Of a DNA stretch of 64,000 bases, positions 29,707 through 40,294 are shown piece by piece. How positions within the stretch are numbered: position 1 is the stretch's first letter; each line of letters starts with the position of its first letter. The DNA lies in sequence record NC_023719.1; one strand, given 5' to 3'. The notes under the pieces are model-generated. The model did not search any database. It was given only the letters and a program-made list of their open reading frames with translations, and had not been told where the DNA came from. Both the position numbers and the translations under genes were made by a program.

Positions 29707-30054
29707 GTGGTTAATATGTTAGATAAAAAAGCAAAGGTGATTTTAAGGGAGTTAATTAGATCAAACAATGCATCTTATTTAGTAATTCTTAAAAGTTTTT
29801 ATCCACATGGTTCCTGTACTAATCCTTGCGTAAAAGCAAGAGATTTAGGAGCAAACTATGAAATTTGGGCAGATATTTACAAGTTACACGAAAGATACAG
29901 AAGATTCCGTTATTATATGAGTGACATTAAACCTCAATGGAAAGATGTTGAAACAATTCCATATGCTGATAATTCAGTAGAAGTAATACAAGAAAATATA
30001 AATGGAGAAAGAAGAAAGATAATGACAAAAGCTCCATCGGGAGACATTTGCTAA
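29707..30054 (+). CDS. hypothetical protein
   Basis: Cassette ORF. Confidence 0.8.
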   Translation: MVNMLDKKAKVILRELIRSNNASYLVILKSFYPHGSCTNPCVKARDLGANYEIWADIYKLHERYRRFRYYMSDIKPQWKDVETIPYADNSVEVIQENINGERRKIMTKAPSGDIC

Positions 30055-30149
30055 GAGGGATTAATTCCCTCTTTTTTATTTAAAAACGGTTTACAAATAA
30101 ATAGTAGTATGATATAATAAATATATAAATAAAGGATGGAGTGAGTTAA

Positions 30150-30554
30150 ATGGAACTTAAAGATTTTAATTTAAATGAAGTAACAATGAAATTAGTTGAT
30201 TATGTATATCTAGAAAGACAAGATATCATAAAGAAAGCATTTGAAGTGGGGAGAAAGATTAAACTTAAACATTCTACTTGGGGAGCGCCTGAAAAATATA
30301 TAGAGGAATGCGAATCATTTTTACTTGAAGGTCAAGTAGTTGAATTGGATGGTTCACATTATAAGTTACCAGCAGGAGCTGAAATAGAAATAGTTAAAGG
30401 CTTATATGGAAGTAAAACTGAGTTTGCTGGTGGAGCTGGGATTGATTTTAAGTATAAAGATGTTGTTTTTGCAAGTGATTTATTTCCAATTTGGGAAGAT
30501 GAAAAAGAATTTGAGAATTTTTTTAGTGAAGAATTTCTAATGACATTTTTATAA
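30150..30554 (+). CDS. hypothetical protein
   Basis: Cassette ORF. Confidence 0.85.
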   Translation: MELKDFNLNEVTMKLVDYVYLERQDIIKKAFEVGRKIKLKHSTWGAPEKYIEECESFLLEGQVVELDGSHYKLPAGAEIEIVKGLYGSKTEFAGGAGIDFKYKDVVFASDLFPIWEDEKEFENFFSEEFLMTFL

Positions 30555-30573
30555 AATTAAGGAGTGAGTTTAG

Positions 30574-30861
30574 ATGCAATTATCAGATGAGTTATATGAA
30601 ACTCAAGTATTTGTAGGTAATGATGATTTAAGTGACTATAAGATTGTGTGGTTACAAGAAACAAATGAACAAGAATTTGAAATAGACTTTATTGAAGAAC
30701 CAGAACCAGAAGAAGAGGAAGATGGATTTGAAAGTTTGTATGATTTAATAATCGCCTGTGCAGAATCCCAACCACGTTTCGTAAGACTTATAAGAAAGTC
30801 AACTGGTGAAGAGCATTTGGTATTTGACCAAAATAACAATTCAATATTATTAGATGATTAA
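30574..30861 (+). CDS. acidic hypothetical protein
   Basis: AAGGAG RBS. Confidence 0.8.
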   Translation: MQLSDELYETQVFVGNDDLSDYKIVWLQETNEQEFEIDFIEEPEPEEEEDGFESLYDLIIACAESQPRFVRLIRKSTGEEHLVFDQNNNSILLDD

Positions 30862-31106
30862 TGATTTTCAAAAACCTCTTTTTGTGTTATAATAAACATA
30901 TAACATGAAGGAGGTTTTTGTTTTGAGTAAATATACATATGATTTTAGAGTTGAGCCTATTGAAAGACTTAGTAATCAATTACCAAGTAAGGAACAAACT
31001 TGTCAGAAATCTAAGAAATCAAACAAAACTTCTTTTAAAGAAATATTGAAAAACAGTTTACAAAGTACTAGTAATATGATATAATTAAATTATAAATAAA
31101 TAAGGA

Positions 31107-31373
31107 GTGGTAAATATGAAAAAAGTAAGACAAATGGATATAGTTTTAGGAGTAAACGTTAAATGGGATAGTATGTTTGATGATGAAGAAGAATTAATTA
31201 AATATTTACGAAGTGTAGATGTTGAAAAATTCAAAAGAGATCATAGAAAAGGTTATGCGTATGTTGAAGGGTTCCAGAAACAGCTTGAAAGTGGAAAAGA
31301 ATTAAGCCCAAAGCAAGTAACTCAACTTAAGAGAATTGCAAAAGAGATTTATCGATACCACTTAAACTTTTAA
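31107..31373 (+). CDS. hypothetical protein
   Basis: Cassette ORF. Confidence 0.8.
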   Translation: MVNMKKVRQMDIVLGVNVKWDSMFDDEEELIKYLRSVDVEKFKRDHRKGYAYVEGFQKQLESGKELSPKQVTQLKRIAKEIYRYHLNF

Positions 31374-31495
31374 ATAGAGGGATTAATTTCCCTCAGTTTT
31401 TTGTAAAAACATTAAAAAACAGTTTACATCAAAACAATGATGTGATATAATTAATTTATAAATAAAATAAATTTACTCAATTGGAGGAATATAAA

Positions 31496-31870
31496 ATGGA
31501 AATGTTTCAAAAATTCAATGAATTATCAAAATTAAACACTGGTGACAAAGTTAAATTAACAAATGGTGAAGTTGCTGTATTTACAAAACTTAAGCGAAAA
31601 AACTTTGAAGGAACAATTGATGATAAAGCTTTTAATATCCCAATTGAGATGTTTGTAGAAGTAATTGAAACAGTAGATGTAAATGCAAAAGATGGAGAAA
31701 TTGTTTCATTAAAGAAAGGAGAGCCTTTCTTTATAAATAAAAATGGAAATGCACTGCTATTTACTTTTGAAAAAATCGAAAATGGAAGAATTATTGGAAT
31801 CAATCCTGTTTCTAAAAGCAGAACAAGAATTGATAAAAGTTTATATGCGGGTAAAGTAGAGGGTATCTAA
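31496..31870 (+). CDS. hypothetical protein with two SH3-like halves
   Basis: Track 31481; ATG after GGAGG; KLNTGDKV and LKKGEPF halves. Confidence 0.75.
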   Translation: MEMFQKFNELSKLNTGDKVKLTNGEVAVFTKLKRKNFEGTIDDKAFNIPIEMFVEVIETVDVNAKDGEIVSLKKGEPFFINKNGNALLFTFEKIENGRIIGINPVSKSRTRIDKSLYAGKVEGI

Positions 31871-31944
31871 CCCTCTTTTTTTTTGCCTTTAAATTCTTTA
31901 ACAATTATTTATATATTTATTATATAAAAATTGGAGGGAATAAA

Positions 31945-32409
31945 ATGAAGGCAAAAGAAAAAGCTCTTAAATATTTATCTGGTTATCCAGAAAGATATCC
32001 AGAAGGTTATACAAAAATAGACTCATTAATAGAGCCTTTATGTAAGCTTCTAACTGAAAAAGGTTACGTAACTTTGCATTCTTGTTCCAGTCATGTTAGA
32101 ATAAGAAGTTATAAAAAATCTATGTTTACAAAAGTAGAAGAGGATGAAAGATTTTTTAGCCCTTTTCTTGGGTGGTATGTATCTTTTGTGGTAACTCACT
32201 CTATAAAAGATATACAAAAGGCTGTAAAGATCATTAATAAAAAGTACGGTTATGGTATAAGAGTTTACAAACGACCAGCATTTCAAGGTGTAACTAGAAG
32301 ATGGATGTTAGAGAAGTTTATAGATACGTCTTGGAATGATGATAAAATTTATGAGTTGAATAAAAATGTATATTTAGAATTTAAAAAGTTTTTTGAAGAA
32401 TTAAATTAA
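31945..32409 (+). CDS. hypothetical protein
   Basis: GGAGGG RBS; TLHSCSSH motif. Confidence 0.8.
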   Translation: MKAKEKALKYLSGYPERYPEGYTKIDSLIEPLCKLLTEKGYVTLHSCSSHVRIRSYKKSMFTKVEEDERFFSPFLGWYVSFVVTHSIKDIQKAVKIINKKYGYGIRVYKRPAFQGVTRRWMLEKFIDTSWNDDKIYELNKNVYLEFKKFFEELN

Positions 32410-32480
32410 GCTCTCTTTTTGGTCTTTATGTTGATTGATTTTTATATAATATATAAACAATCAGTTAACGGAGGGAATGT

Positions 32481-32861
32481 ATGAGAAAGAAAACCAATGT
32501 GGTGAGTATTTTTGATTCCGATAAGAGTCAACTTGTTTTATCTGAAGAATTGATTTGGTTCTTCAAACAAGCTTTTAGATCAAACTTGCTTTGTGTTAGA
32601 AAAGACGGTGATGAAGTAGCTTTATTCGAATCGCATATTAATAGAAGTAGCTTAGATGAATACTTAGATTGCGACTTTTCTACTGATGATTCTACGATAA
32701 GAGTAATTATTGACTCCTTTGAACATGAAAGTTTTAAACTCGAATTAATGGAAGAAATAAATGATTTCCTATTTAAAGAAAGATTTGATTTAAGAATTAG
32801 CAATATATATTATGAGTACGATGATTTAAGGATAAAATTAATAGTAGCCTGTTTAGAGTAA
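32481..32861 (+). CDS. hypothetical protein
   Basis: GGAGGG RBS. Confidence 0.8.
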   Translation: MRKKTNVVSIFDSDKSQLVLSEELIWFFKQAFRSNLLCVRKDGDEVALFESHINRSSLDEYLDCDFSTDDSTIRVIIDSFEHESFKLELMEEINDFLFKERFDLRISNIYYEYDDLRIKLIVACLE

Positions 32862-33082
32862 AAAGTTTAAAAAAATTAAAAAAAGTTACAAAAAACAGTT
32901 TACATTACACAGAAATAGGATAAAATATAATTATATAAGGCACCAGGTACTAACTAAGAATAAAAATGAAAGGAGAGAAAAAGTTAAAAAAAATTAAAAT
33001 AAGGTATTTACAATACCAAGAAAACATGGTATAATAAAATTATAAATAAAAATAAAACAAAAACAAATTGGAGGAATGAAAA

Positions 33083-33892
33083 ATGGAAACAATTAAAAAG
33101 ATGGAATTATTACCTGAAAGCGCTGGGTACCGCGATGCTGCTAAAATTGCAAAAGAATTAGGTATTGCTTATGTTGGAGTTAGTAAAGGCGATTTAATCA
33201 CTAAAGTAAATGAAAAAATTGAAAAAATTAATAATGGCGAAATTGAAGTACCAGTTATTGAAGAAACTGCAGATCCAGTTGACTCTAAAGATACAACAAA
33301 TGAAGAAACTGTTGCTAAACCAGCAGGAACTGAAAGTCCGGCTCAACAAGCTGCACAAACTGCAAGAGCAAAACGTGAAAAAGCTCCAAAAGTTGAAGTT
33401 AAAAAATGGTACGAAGAAGAAGGTGCAAACCCTTACGAACCAGGTGATGTAGTTAAAATCATTGGTGGTAAAGACTTAATTGGCCGACTACTTAAAACAA
33501 TTGAACCATCAACTAAAAAAGATATGATCAAAGGTAAGTTAATCCACCCAGTAACTGGAAAATTACAAAATACAGTAATTTCAATTGCATTCGAACGACT
33601 TGAATTACATCAAAAAGCTGCAGAAGCAGAAGCTGCTGAAAAAGCAAAGGTTGAAGCAGAAGCTGCGGCAACAAATGTTGAACAAGCTACTGAAGCTCCA
33701 GTAAACCAACAAGCTCAAGTTGAAGAAGTAAAAAATGAAGAAGTAACTCAAACTGAAGATCAAGAAGTAAAAGAAGTAAATGAAAATCCTGAAAATCAAG
33801 AAAACAAGGAAGAAATTACTGCTGGCGCAGAAGAAGAAATTACTGTGAAACAAGAAGATGAGCAGCAAAATGAAGTAAAAGAAGCTGAATAA
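33083..33892 (+). CDS. paralog family A protein with long acidic tail
   Basis: Homologous to 11971 and 40972; tandem promoters upstream. Confidence 0.9.
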   Translation: METIKKMELLPESAGYRDAAKIAKELGIAYVGVSKGDLITKVNEKIEKINNGEIEVPVIEETADPVDSKDTTNEETVAKPAGTESPAQQAAQTARAKREKAPKVEVKKWYEEEGANPYEPGDVVKIIGGKDLIGRLLKTIEPSTKKDMIKGKLIHPVTGKLQNTVISIAFERLELHQKAAEAEAAEKAKVEAEAAATNVEQATEAPVNQQAQVEEVKNEEVTQTEDQEVKEVNENPENQENKEEITAGAEEEITVKQEDEQQNEVKEAE

Positions 33893-33942
33893 AAAACATA
33901 TAAACAAGGGCTGCGCTTCATGTGTGGCTCTTTTTATTTGAT

Positions 33943-34028
33943 TTTCACCAGAAAATACATAAAAATCAGTTTAATATAAATAATATAAACATAAAAACAA
34001 AAATCTCTGAGGGAATCTCAGTGACCCA
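33943..34028. repeat. Dispersed inverted-repeat element, copy 10
   Basis: TCACCAGA...ATATAAATAATAT...CTCTGAGGGAATCTCAGTGA. Confidence 0.75.
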
Positions 34029-34348
34029 AGGAAACAATTCGGATATATATTCATAATATCATAATCAATAAATTAGTTTTTACTAAAAAATATCAAAAAG
34101 TTGTTTACAAAGTATGTATTTTATGATATAATGATAGTATACTAAAAAGCAAAGGTATGGGATGTAATGACTAGTAAAGATTTCTTAGAGACTTGGCATG
34201 GACAAAGATTTCAAGAAAGACTTTTGAAATCATTAGAAACTATTGGTAGTGAATTAAGAAGAGCAAATGATTTAAAAGAAGAAGAATTAATAATGCACAA
34301 AAAAGACTCTACTAAAAAGTAGAGTCTTTTTTATTTACAACAAATAAA

Positions 34349-34630
34349 CTAGAAGGGAGGTAAGTTTGATAAGTTGTTGCTAGGGTCGCCATCTGGATAA
34401 GAACGTAAAGTTTTTCTTCTTTCTTTACCTCTTGTGGTACCAGTATTGACGTCCTCTATTAAATCTTGTTCTGCCATTACAATAGCTTCATCTATGGAGG
34501 CGATTTGGCCGTTTTGAAACTTAACTTCTGATATATCTCCATCGTCATCTTTCCTTACTGCTACAATTTGTAACTTTTTTGGATCTATATGATGCTTAGG
34601 GTTATTAACTCCACGATTTTGATAAGTCAT
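34349..34630 (-). CDS. DUF3892-like protein
   Basis: IVAVRKDDDGDISEVKF.NG...LRSYPDGDPSNNLSNLP; ATG 34630 after AAAGGAG. Confidence 0.8.
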   Translation of the reverse strand: MTYQNRGVNNPKHHIDPKKLQIVAVRKDDDGDISEVKFQNGQIASIDEAIVMAEQDLIEDVNTGTTRGKERRKTLRSYPDGDPSNNLSNLPPF

Positions 34631-34784
34631 ATAAGTTTCTCCTTTGTAATGATTTATTTTCCTTACATGATTATTATAACCCAAGAGTTCCCAATAATAC
34701 ATTGTTTTTTAATTTAAAAAACAGTTTACAAATGGTAGATACTAGGTTATAATTAATATATAAATAAGGAATGGAGTGGTTTAA

Positions 34785-35003
34785 ATGGAAGATAAATTAT
34801 TGGCTTCAAGTTCAACTGATGATATTGAGATTGAAATCTATGAAAACGGGATTACAGTTAATGGGAATTTCTTATCTACAAAAGATGTAGCGGATTCTTT
34901 AGACAAGATAGATGATTTCCTTACACTATCTGGAATTGAGTCTCAATGGGTAATACAAGATTTAGATGAGCAAATGGGTGCAGAAGAAGACGAAGAGGAG
35001 TGA
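34785..35003 (+). CDS. acidic hypothetical protein
   Basis: Cassette ORF. Confidence 0.8.
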   Translation: MEDKLLASSSTDDIEIEIYENGITVNGNFLSTKDVADSLDKIDDFLTLSGIESQWVIQDLDEQMGAEEDEEE

Positions 35004-35008
35004 TGTAA

Positions 35009-35650
35009 ATGTTTCAAGAAGTTATTGAAAAAACTCATGATTATAAAATTTTAGCTATAGGACGCGGATATGATGAAAGTAAAGCGACTGCGTACCGAAA
35101 TTATAAAGTTATACATTATTGGTATAAGGGTAAATGTTATTTAGTAAACATGTTTGGACAATATTATTATTTAGAAAGAATAGAGAAGAATCCTGACTTA
35201 AAAGAATTTAGTCATGAATTGTATTATGAAGCTAGAGCGATATTAGCAAGAAATGATGCACCCCGTAGGGTAAAATCATTAAAGGAAAAAGGACAAACAA
35301 AAACTCAAATAATGAATATGTTATCATGGTATGGAACTATAAAGTTAAGGGCAATTTGCGATGAATTAGAAGTAAAATATGATAACAAAGAGTCTAATGG
35401 GAAATTGAAACAAAAAATAGTTGATGCGTTAGGATTAAGTACTAAAAGTGATAAAGGTAAAAAGATAGTTGTTATTGTTGATACTATTGTCAAAGATAAT
35501 ACTTTTAATATTCGGGTTGAAGATGATGAATCTAAAGAAGTTACTGAACATACAAAATTAGGATTAACTTCTGAAGAATTAAATAAGTATACTGCTAAAT
35601 TGTTAAGTAAATTAAAAACAACAAATCTTAAAATTAATATTATAAATTAA
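35009..35650 (+). CDS. hypothetical protein with internal Rho-N/HeH-like helical motif
   Basis: IKLRAICDELEVKY...KLKQKIVDAL. Confidence 0.75.
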   Translation: MFQEVIEKTHDYKILAIGRGYDESKATAYRNYKVIHYWYKGKCYLVNMFGQYYYLERIEKNPDLKEFSHELYYEARAILARNDAPRRVKSLKEKGQTKTQIMNMLSWYGTIKLRAICDELEVKYDNKESNGKLKQKIVDALGLSTKSDKGKKIVVIVDTIVKDNTFNIRVEDDESKEVTEHTKLGLTSEELNKYTAKLLSKLKTTNLKINIIN

Positions 35651-35661
35651 AAAAAGAGGTC

Positions 35662-36201
35662 TCATGAAGAGACTTCTTTTGCTATATAATTTTCTTTTTT
35701 GATATAGAAAATTAAGTGAGTATCTTCTATTTTACCTTTATAGAACTCTCTTAACTCAGTATCTTCTGCAAAACTCATTTGTTTAATGTAAGAAATCTTA
35801 TTACAAGCCGCTATAGATCTTTCATTGTGTTTTCTAACAAGTAGGTAAATTGTATCAAGATGCGGTAGCGCAAATAGCTCATCAAAGAATAATTGTTTAG
35901 CTATTTGATTATATCCTCTTCCCCAGTGATTTTCCCCAATGACAGTAGCAAGAAACCCTTCTTGTCTAAAGAATGAATAGTCCCATAAGATAATTAGTCC
36001 AACTACGATATCCTCTTCGTTGATAATAACTCTAGGAATAACTCTTAATTCGTTTTCTTCGTTTTGTAAATACTTAATCATTTCTCCCATTTCCTCTACA
36101 GAGGTGGGTTTTAAACGAGAATACCTTGAGACGCAAGGATTAGAAAGATGGGAATAGAGAATAGCAGCATCGGATAGTTGAACTTGACGTAATGTCGTCA
36201 T
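35662..36201 (-). CDS. RimJ/RimL-like GNAT acetyltransferase
   Basis: LRQVQLSDA, HWGRGYNQ, HNERSIAA; ATG 36201 after GAGGTG. Confidence 0.85.
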   Translation of the reverse strand: MTTLRQVQLSDAAILYSHLSNPCVSRYSRLKPTSVEEMGEMIKYLQNEENELRVIPRVIINEEDIVVGLIILWDYSFFRQEGFLATVIGENHWGRGYNQIAKQLFFDELFALPHLDTIYLLVRKHNERSIAACNKISYIKQMSFAEDTELREFYKGKIEDTHLIFYIKKENYIAKEVSS

Positions 36202-36465
36202 AATTATCACCTCACGCCTCTGACTTAAAGTCACGAGTTATTTTATTTTTATCAACACATTTCTTGACGTAATAGTATATATGAAAAAAACAAAAAAATA
36301 ATAACAACCATTTGCGTCATTTTGTATGATATAATTTTATTATATAATGATATTAAATCATTTTTTTGACTTTGTAAATAGATTCTCCAAAATTATTTTT
36401 TATTTAAAAAACTATTTACAAATTAATGAATACATGATATAATAAATATATAAATAAGGAATGGA

Positions 36466-36942
36466 GTGGTAAATATGAATAGTTTACTCATTAATGCTTG
36501 GGATCAAACTAAACAGGAAGAAAAACAAACTAAAAAAGCATCAAAGGATTATAAATATTATTGTTTTTTATCATCAAAGGTTACAGGAGTAGAACAACAA
36601 CATTTGTTTTTCAATAATCCAAATGAATTAGACTTTGATCTGGATACAAAAGAATATATTATGGAATATTGTCAAGAAATAAATAAGGAAGCAATGTTTA
36701 TGAACAAAAAACAAATTAAAGAAATGCTTTGTTCAATGAATTTTAAGGAAGTTACTTTCCAAAGAAATGGAAACCTTAGATTAGTTTCAAATTTAATTTA
36801 TGAAAATGAAGAAACTTGGGAAAACTTTGGAAAACAACTTGAAGAAGTGATTTCAATTCTTCCACCAGGTTATATAAGTGGTAAATTTACTACTGTGGAA
36901 AAAGATATTTATTGCGGAGCTAATATTAGTTTATATATTTAA
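36466..36942 (+). CDS. hypothetical protein
   Basis: Cassette ORF. Confidence 0.8.
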   Translation: MVNMNSLLINAWDQTKQEEKQTKKASKDYKYYCFLSSKVTGVEQQHLFFNNPNELDFDLDTKEYIMEYCQEINKEAMFMNKKQIKEMLCSMNFKEVTFQRNGNLRLVSNLIYENEETWENFGKQLEEVISILPPGYISGKFTTVEKDIYCGANISLYI

Positions 36943-36982
36943 GTTTAATTAAATTCCACTAATATCATATATATAATCAGAG

Positions 36983-37180
36983 GTGATATTAGTGGAATTT
37001 AAAACTACAAGAGAAATAACTATAGAAAATCTTAATAGCATTCTAATTATTCCCGAAGGTGCTACTTTATATCAAATACCTAATGATCATTTAGGGAATG
37101 TTAGAGATGTTAATCATTATAGTTGGAATGGGGAAATCATTGCTATTGAGAAAGACTCTGATTCAGTAGAAAAAGTTTAG
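36983..37180 (+). CDS. hypothetical protein
   Basis: GAGGTG RBS. Confidence 0.7.
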   Translation: MILVEFKTTREITIENLNSILIIPEGATLYQIPNDHLGNVRDVNHYSWNGEIIAIEKDSDSVEKV

Positions 37181-37186
37181 AGGAGA

Positions 37187-37582
37187 GTGTTTTATATGTT
37201 AGCTATTGAAAGTTTTGCAGGGTTAAAAGGGATAATGGAAAAAGACTCTGGTGAAAGTTTAGATATGTATGAACATTGGGATCGTTTATTTATCAATGGT
37301 CAAGAAACAGAATTGATGTTACGATTCTTCAATCATACAAGTACATTAGTAATTGCTCGTATCAAAGTAAAAAATCGACGTACTGGTGTAGCCACTTCTA
37401 TTCTTGATTGGCTGAAAGAATACGCTAAACAAAACAAAATCGCTAACATTGCACTAGAAAGTACAACTACTCATGAGATCAATGCGTTTGCTGAAAAGCA
37501 TGGTTTTGAGAAAATCGAACAACAAGGGATGTACTATGAAGGAGTATTTTTTGGCAACTGGAATTTATCCTTAAATAATTGA
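37187..37582 (+). CDS. GNAT-family acetyltransferase
   Basis: VIARIKVKNRRTGVATSILDWL; NAFAEKHGF. Confidence 0.8.
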   Translation: MFYMLAIESFAGLKGIMEKDSGESLDMYEHWDRLFINGQETELMLRFFNHTSTLVIARIKVKNRRTGVATSILDWLKEYAKQNKIANIALESTTTHEINAFAEKHGFEKIEQQGMYYEGVFFGNWNLSLNN

Positions 37583-37668
37583 TTAAAAACAGTTTACAAT
37601 ACAATGTTTGTATGATATAATATATATATAAGGTAATAAAAATTCCAACATTGAAAGGATTCGATATC

Positions 37669-37857
37669 ATGCCACTATTATGCGAAGGTGAAACTGTAGA
37701 ATATAACCAAAAACATGCTTTAGAAGTTTTAACTGAAACAGAAGCAGTAATGCTTGATATGCTGGTTTCAAAAATACAACAGTACTCTGAAGATAAGATG
37801 ATTGAAAATTTCCATGAGAACAATGCTAAATGTACTGTTTATGCTCATAGTAAATAG
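37669..37857 (+). CDS. small hypothetical protein
   Basis: Promoter at ~37592-37620; AAAGGA RBS before ATG 37669. Confidence 0.55.
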   Translation: MPLLCEGETVEYNQKHALEVLTETEAVMLDMLVSKIQQYSEDKMIENFHENNAKCTVYAHSK

Positions 37858-38065
37858 CAGGGAGTTTTCCCTGCACCTTCTAATAAGGATTTAAATACTT
37901 TAAGTCTTTATTAGAGGGTCTCACTCCACCCTCTCGATATCATTCGATATTAGTATTACCTTTATATGGAACTGAGGACTGTAGCACCATGGAAGTCTCC
38001 AGAGAACTAGTTGGTATGTGGTTTGGGTTCTCACTTAAAAGACAGATAATTATCTGTCTTTTTTT
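37858..38065 (+). ncRNA. tandem-hairpin 3'-UTR or sRNA candidate upstream of tnpB
   Basis: Consecutive stems GCAGGG/CCCTGC, CTAATAAGG/CTTTATTAG, GAGGGT/ACCCTC, GAGAAC/GTTCTC; terminator 38037-38065. Confidence 0.5.
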
Positions 38066-38118
38066 ATTTAAAAAATATGTACTTTCTTTCTATAATTAAA
38101 ATAGAAAGGAGGGAAACC

Positions 38119-39318
38119 ATGAAACGTTCTAAATTAATTAGGATTTCTAAAAATAATAGTAAATATAAATTAATAGATTCTTTATCTTTAAAATCTAAAA
38201 ACTTGTATAATTACGCTAATTATTTAATTAGACAAGAGTTTATTTTAAATGGGAAATGGATAAGATATAATGAATTAAATAAAAGATTAAAAGAAGAAAT
38301 AGTATATAAAGAATTACCAATCCAAACATCTCAACAAACACTCATGTTATTGGATAAAAATTGGAAATCTTACTTTAACTCGATAAAAGATTGGTCTAAA
38401 AATAAAAGTAAATATTCAGGCAAACCAAAACTACCTAAGTATAAAAAGAAAGATGGGAGATTTAATGTAGTTTTTACTAATCAACAAGCAAAACATAAAA
38501 ATGGGATTATTAAAATTTGTCCAGCAAGTTTGGATCTTATTTTTAATATCAATATTGAAAACAAAATAAAACAAATTCAAATAATACCTAAAAATAATTT
38601 TTATCAATTGGAAATAATCTATGAAATTGATAAAAAAGAAGTGGAATTAAATGACGAATTATATTGTGGGATTGATTTAGGAATTAATAATCTTATAACT
38701 TTAACAGATAACCTGCATAATAATCCAATTGTTATCAATGGTAAAATTATTAAGTCTATAAATCAATATTACAATAAGAAAAGAGCCGAAATACAATCTA
38801 CTTTACTAATAAAAAATAAAAAAACTTGGTCAAATAAGCTAACTCAATTAACTGAAAAAAGAAATAATAAAATAAAAGATTATATGCATAAGAGTTCTAG
38901 ATATATAATTAATTATTGCTTATCTAATAAGATAAAAACAATAGTGATTGGATATAATCAAAATTGGAAAGAAAGACTTATTGTCTCAAAACAACAAAAT
39001 CAAAATTTCTTTCAAATTCCTTATTTAACTTTAATTGAAATGATACAATATAAAGCTGAAGAATATGATATAGATGTTATACTAACTGAAGAATCTTATA
39101 CTTCCAAAGCTAGTTTTTTAGATTTAGATGAGATGGAAAAAGATTTTAAATTTAATGGAGAAAGAATAAAAAGAGGATTGTATAAGACTAATAATGGTAT
39201 TTTAATAAATGCTGATGTAAACGGTTCTTATAATATAATTAGAAAAGTAGCTCCAAATGTTTTTACAGATGGAGTAGAGGGTGTAAAGTTACATCCATTG
39301 AAAATTAATTTTTCATAA
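38119..39318 (+). mobile_element. tnpB: solo TnpB (IS200/IS605 family, IS1341-like) RNA-guided nuclease
   Basis: GIDLGINN (RuvC-I), IVIGYN, TEESYTSK, NADVNGSYNI (RuvC-III), GVEGVKLHP tail; no tnpA nearby; ATG 38119 after AAGGAGG. Confidence 0.9.
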
Positions 39319-39431
39319 ACTTATAACTAGGAACTCCGATTGTATCATAATATAGATGATGTAAAGATACCTTTAATGGTATCTTTTTTATTTGTCTTCT
39401 ATCTCTATAACCTAATAGTTTACTATGGTAA

Positions 39432-39552
39432 ACACATACGCTCGCGCGTGTGTATATGTACTACACGTATGCATCTGTGCATCTATGTGCTCGTATATAC
39501 GTATGTGCATGTATACGCGCTTGCTATATATATACTTACGTACATGTATATG
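39432..39552. repeat. alternating purine-pyrimidine tract
   Basis: ACACATACGCTCGCGCGTGTGTATATGTAC...TACATGTATATG. Confidence 0.85.
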
Positions 39553-39979
39553 ACGAACTATGATAAAACAATTCAATAATTCTGTTAAGTACATAAAAGT
39601 AGAATCATAAGAGAAAATGAGACTTCAAAATTAGATAAGGAATATTTCATTTTGATAATAAATCTTAAATCAATCAACAATCATAACTCAGATGAAATCA
39701 GAAGATTAAATAATAATCTTTCTATATTGAGTATTAGAATATTTTATTCAAAATAATACGATTATTCTATCATAAAAATCTAATTTTGAAAACACATAAT
39801 AGATAAAGGTTGTAATCGCAAGTGTAATAAGAAAATAGAGTAATGCTTAATGGAAGAAACAAATTGATTTAGTAATGATATTAGCAATTGTTTTTAAAAT
39901 ATTGTTTACATAATTCGATAATTATGTTATAATGAATATATAAGGAAATGGTATATATATGAAGGGAGTAGTTTAAATA

Positions 39980-40294
39980 ATGGCAAAATCAAATAATCCA
40001 AGATATTTAAAACAGTATATGGGAGTTACAGAAGGTAGTTTTATGGGAAGAGACGATGGATATCCTGAAACAAAGAATGTAGTCTTTGATGATCTTGAGT
40101 CTTTGTCTCCCCAATTTGGAACGAAGAAAGATGAAAAGTATTATCAGCTGATTCCAATTGATATTAAAACTCTTGAAGGGGAAGTAAATGAAATAAAAGA
40201 GCTTCAAGATAAAGAGAAAAAAGAAGCTAAAAAGAAATCAATCGATGATCAAATCGCTAAGTTGCAAGCTCAAAGAGAATTATTAGAAGATTAA
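39980..40294 (+). CDS. hypothetical protein, C-terminal coiled coil
   Basis: Cassette ORF. Confidence 0.85.
   Translation: MAKSNNPRYLKQYMGVTEGSFMGRDDGYPETKNVVFDDLESLSPQFGTKKDEKYYQLIPIDIKTLEGEVNEIKELQDKEKKEAKKKSIDDQIAKLQAQRELLED

Noticed and set aside
39340-39594. Two overlapping track ORFs on opposite strands
   Set aside because: Artefacts of the stop-poor RY tract (Y/V/C/H-rich); no RBS.
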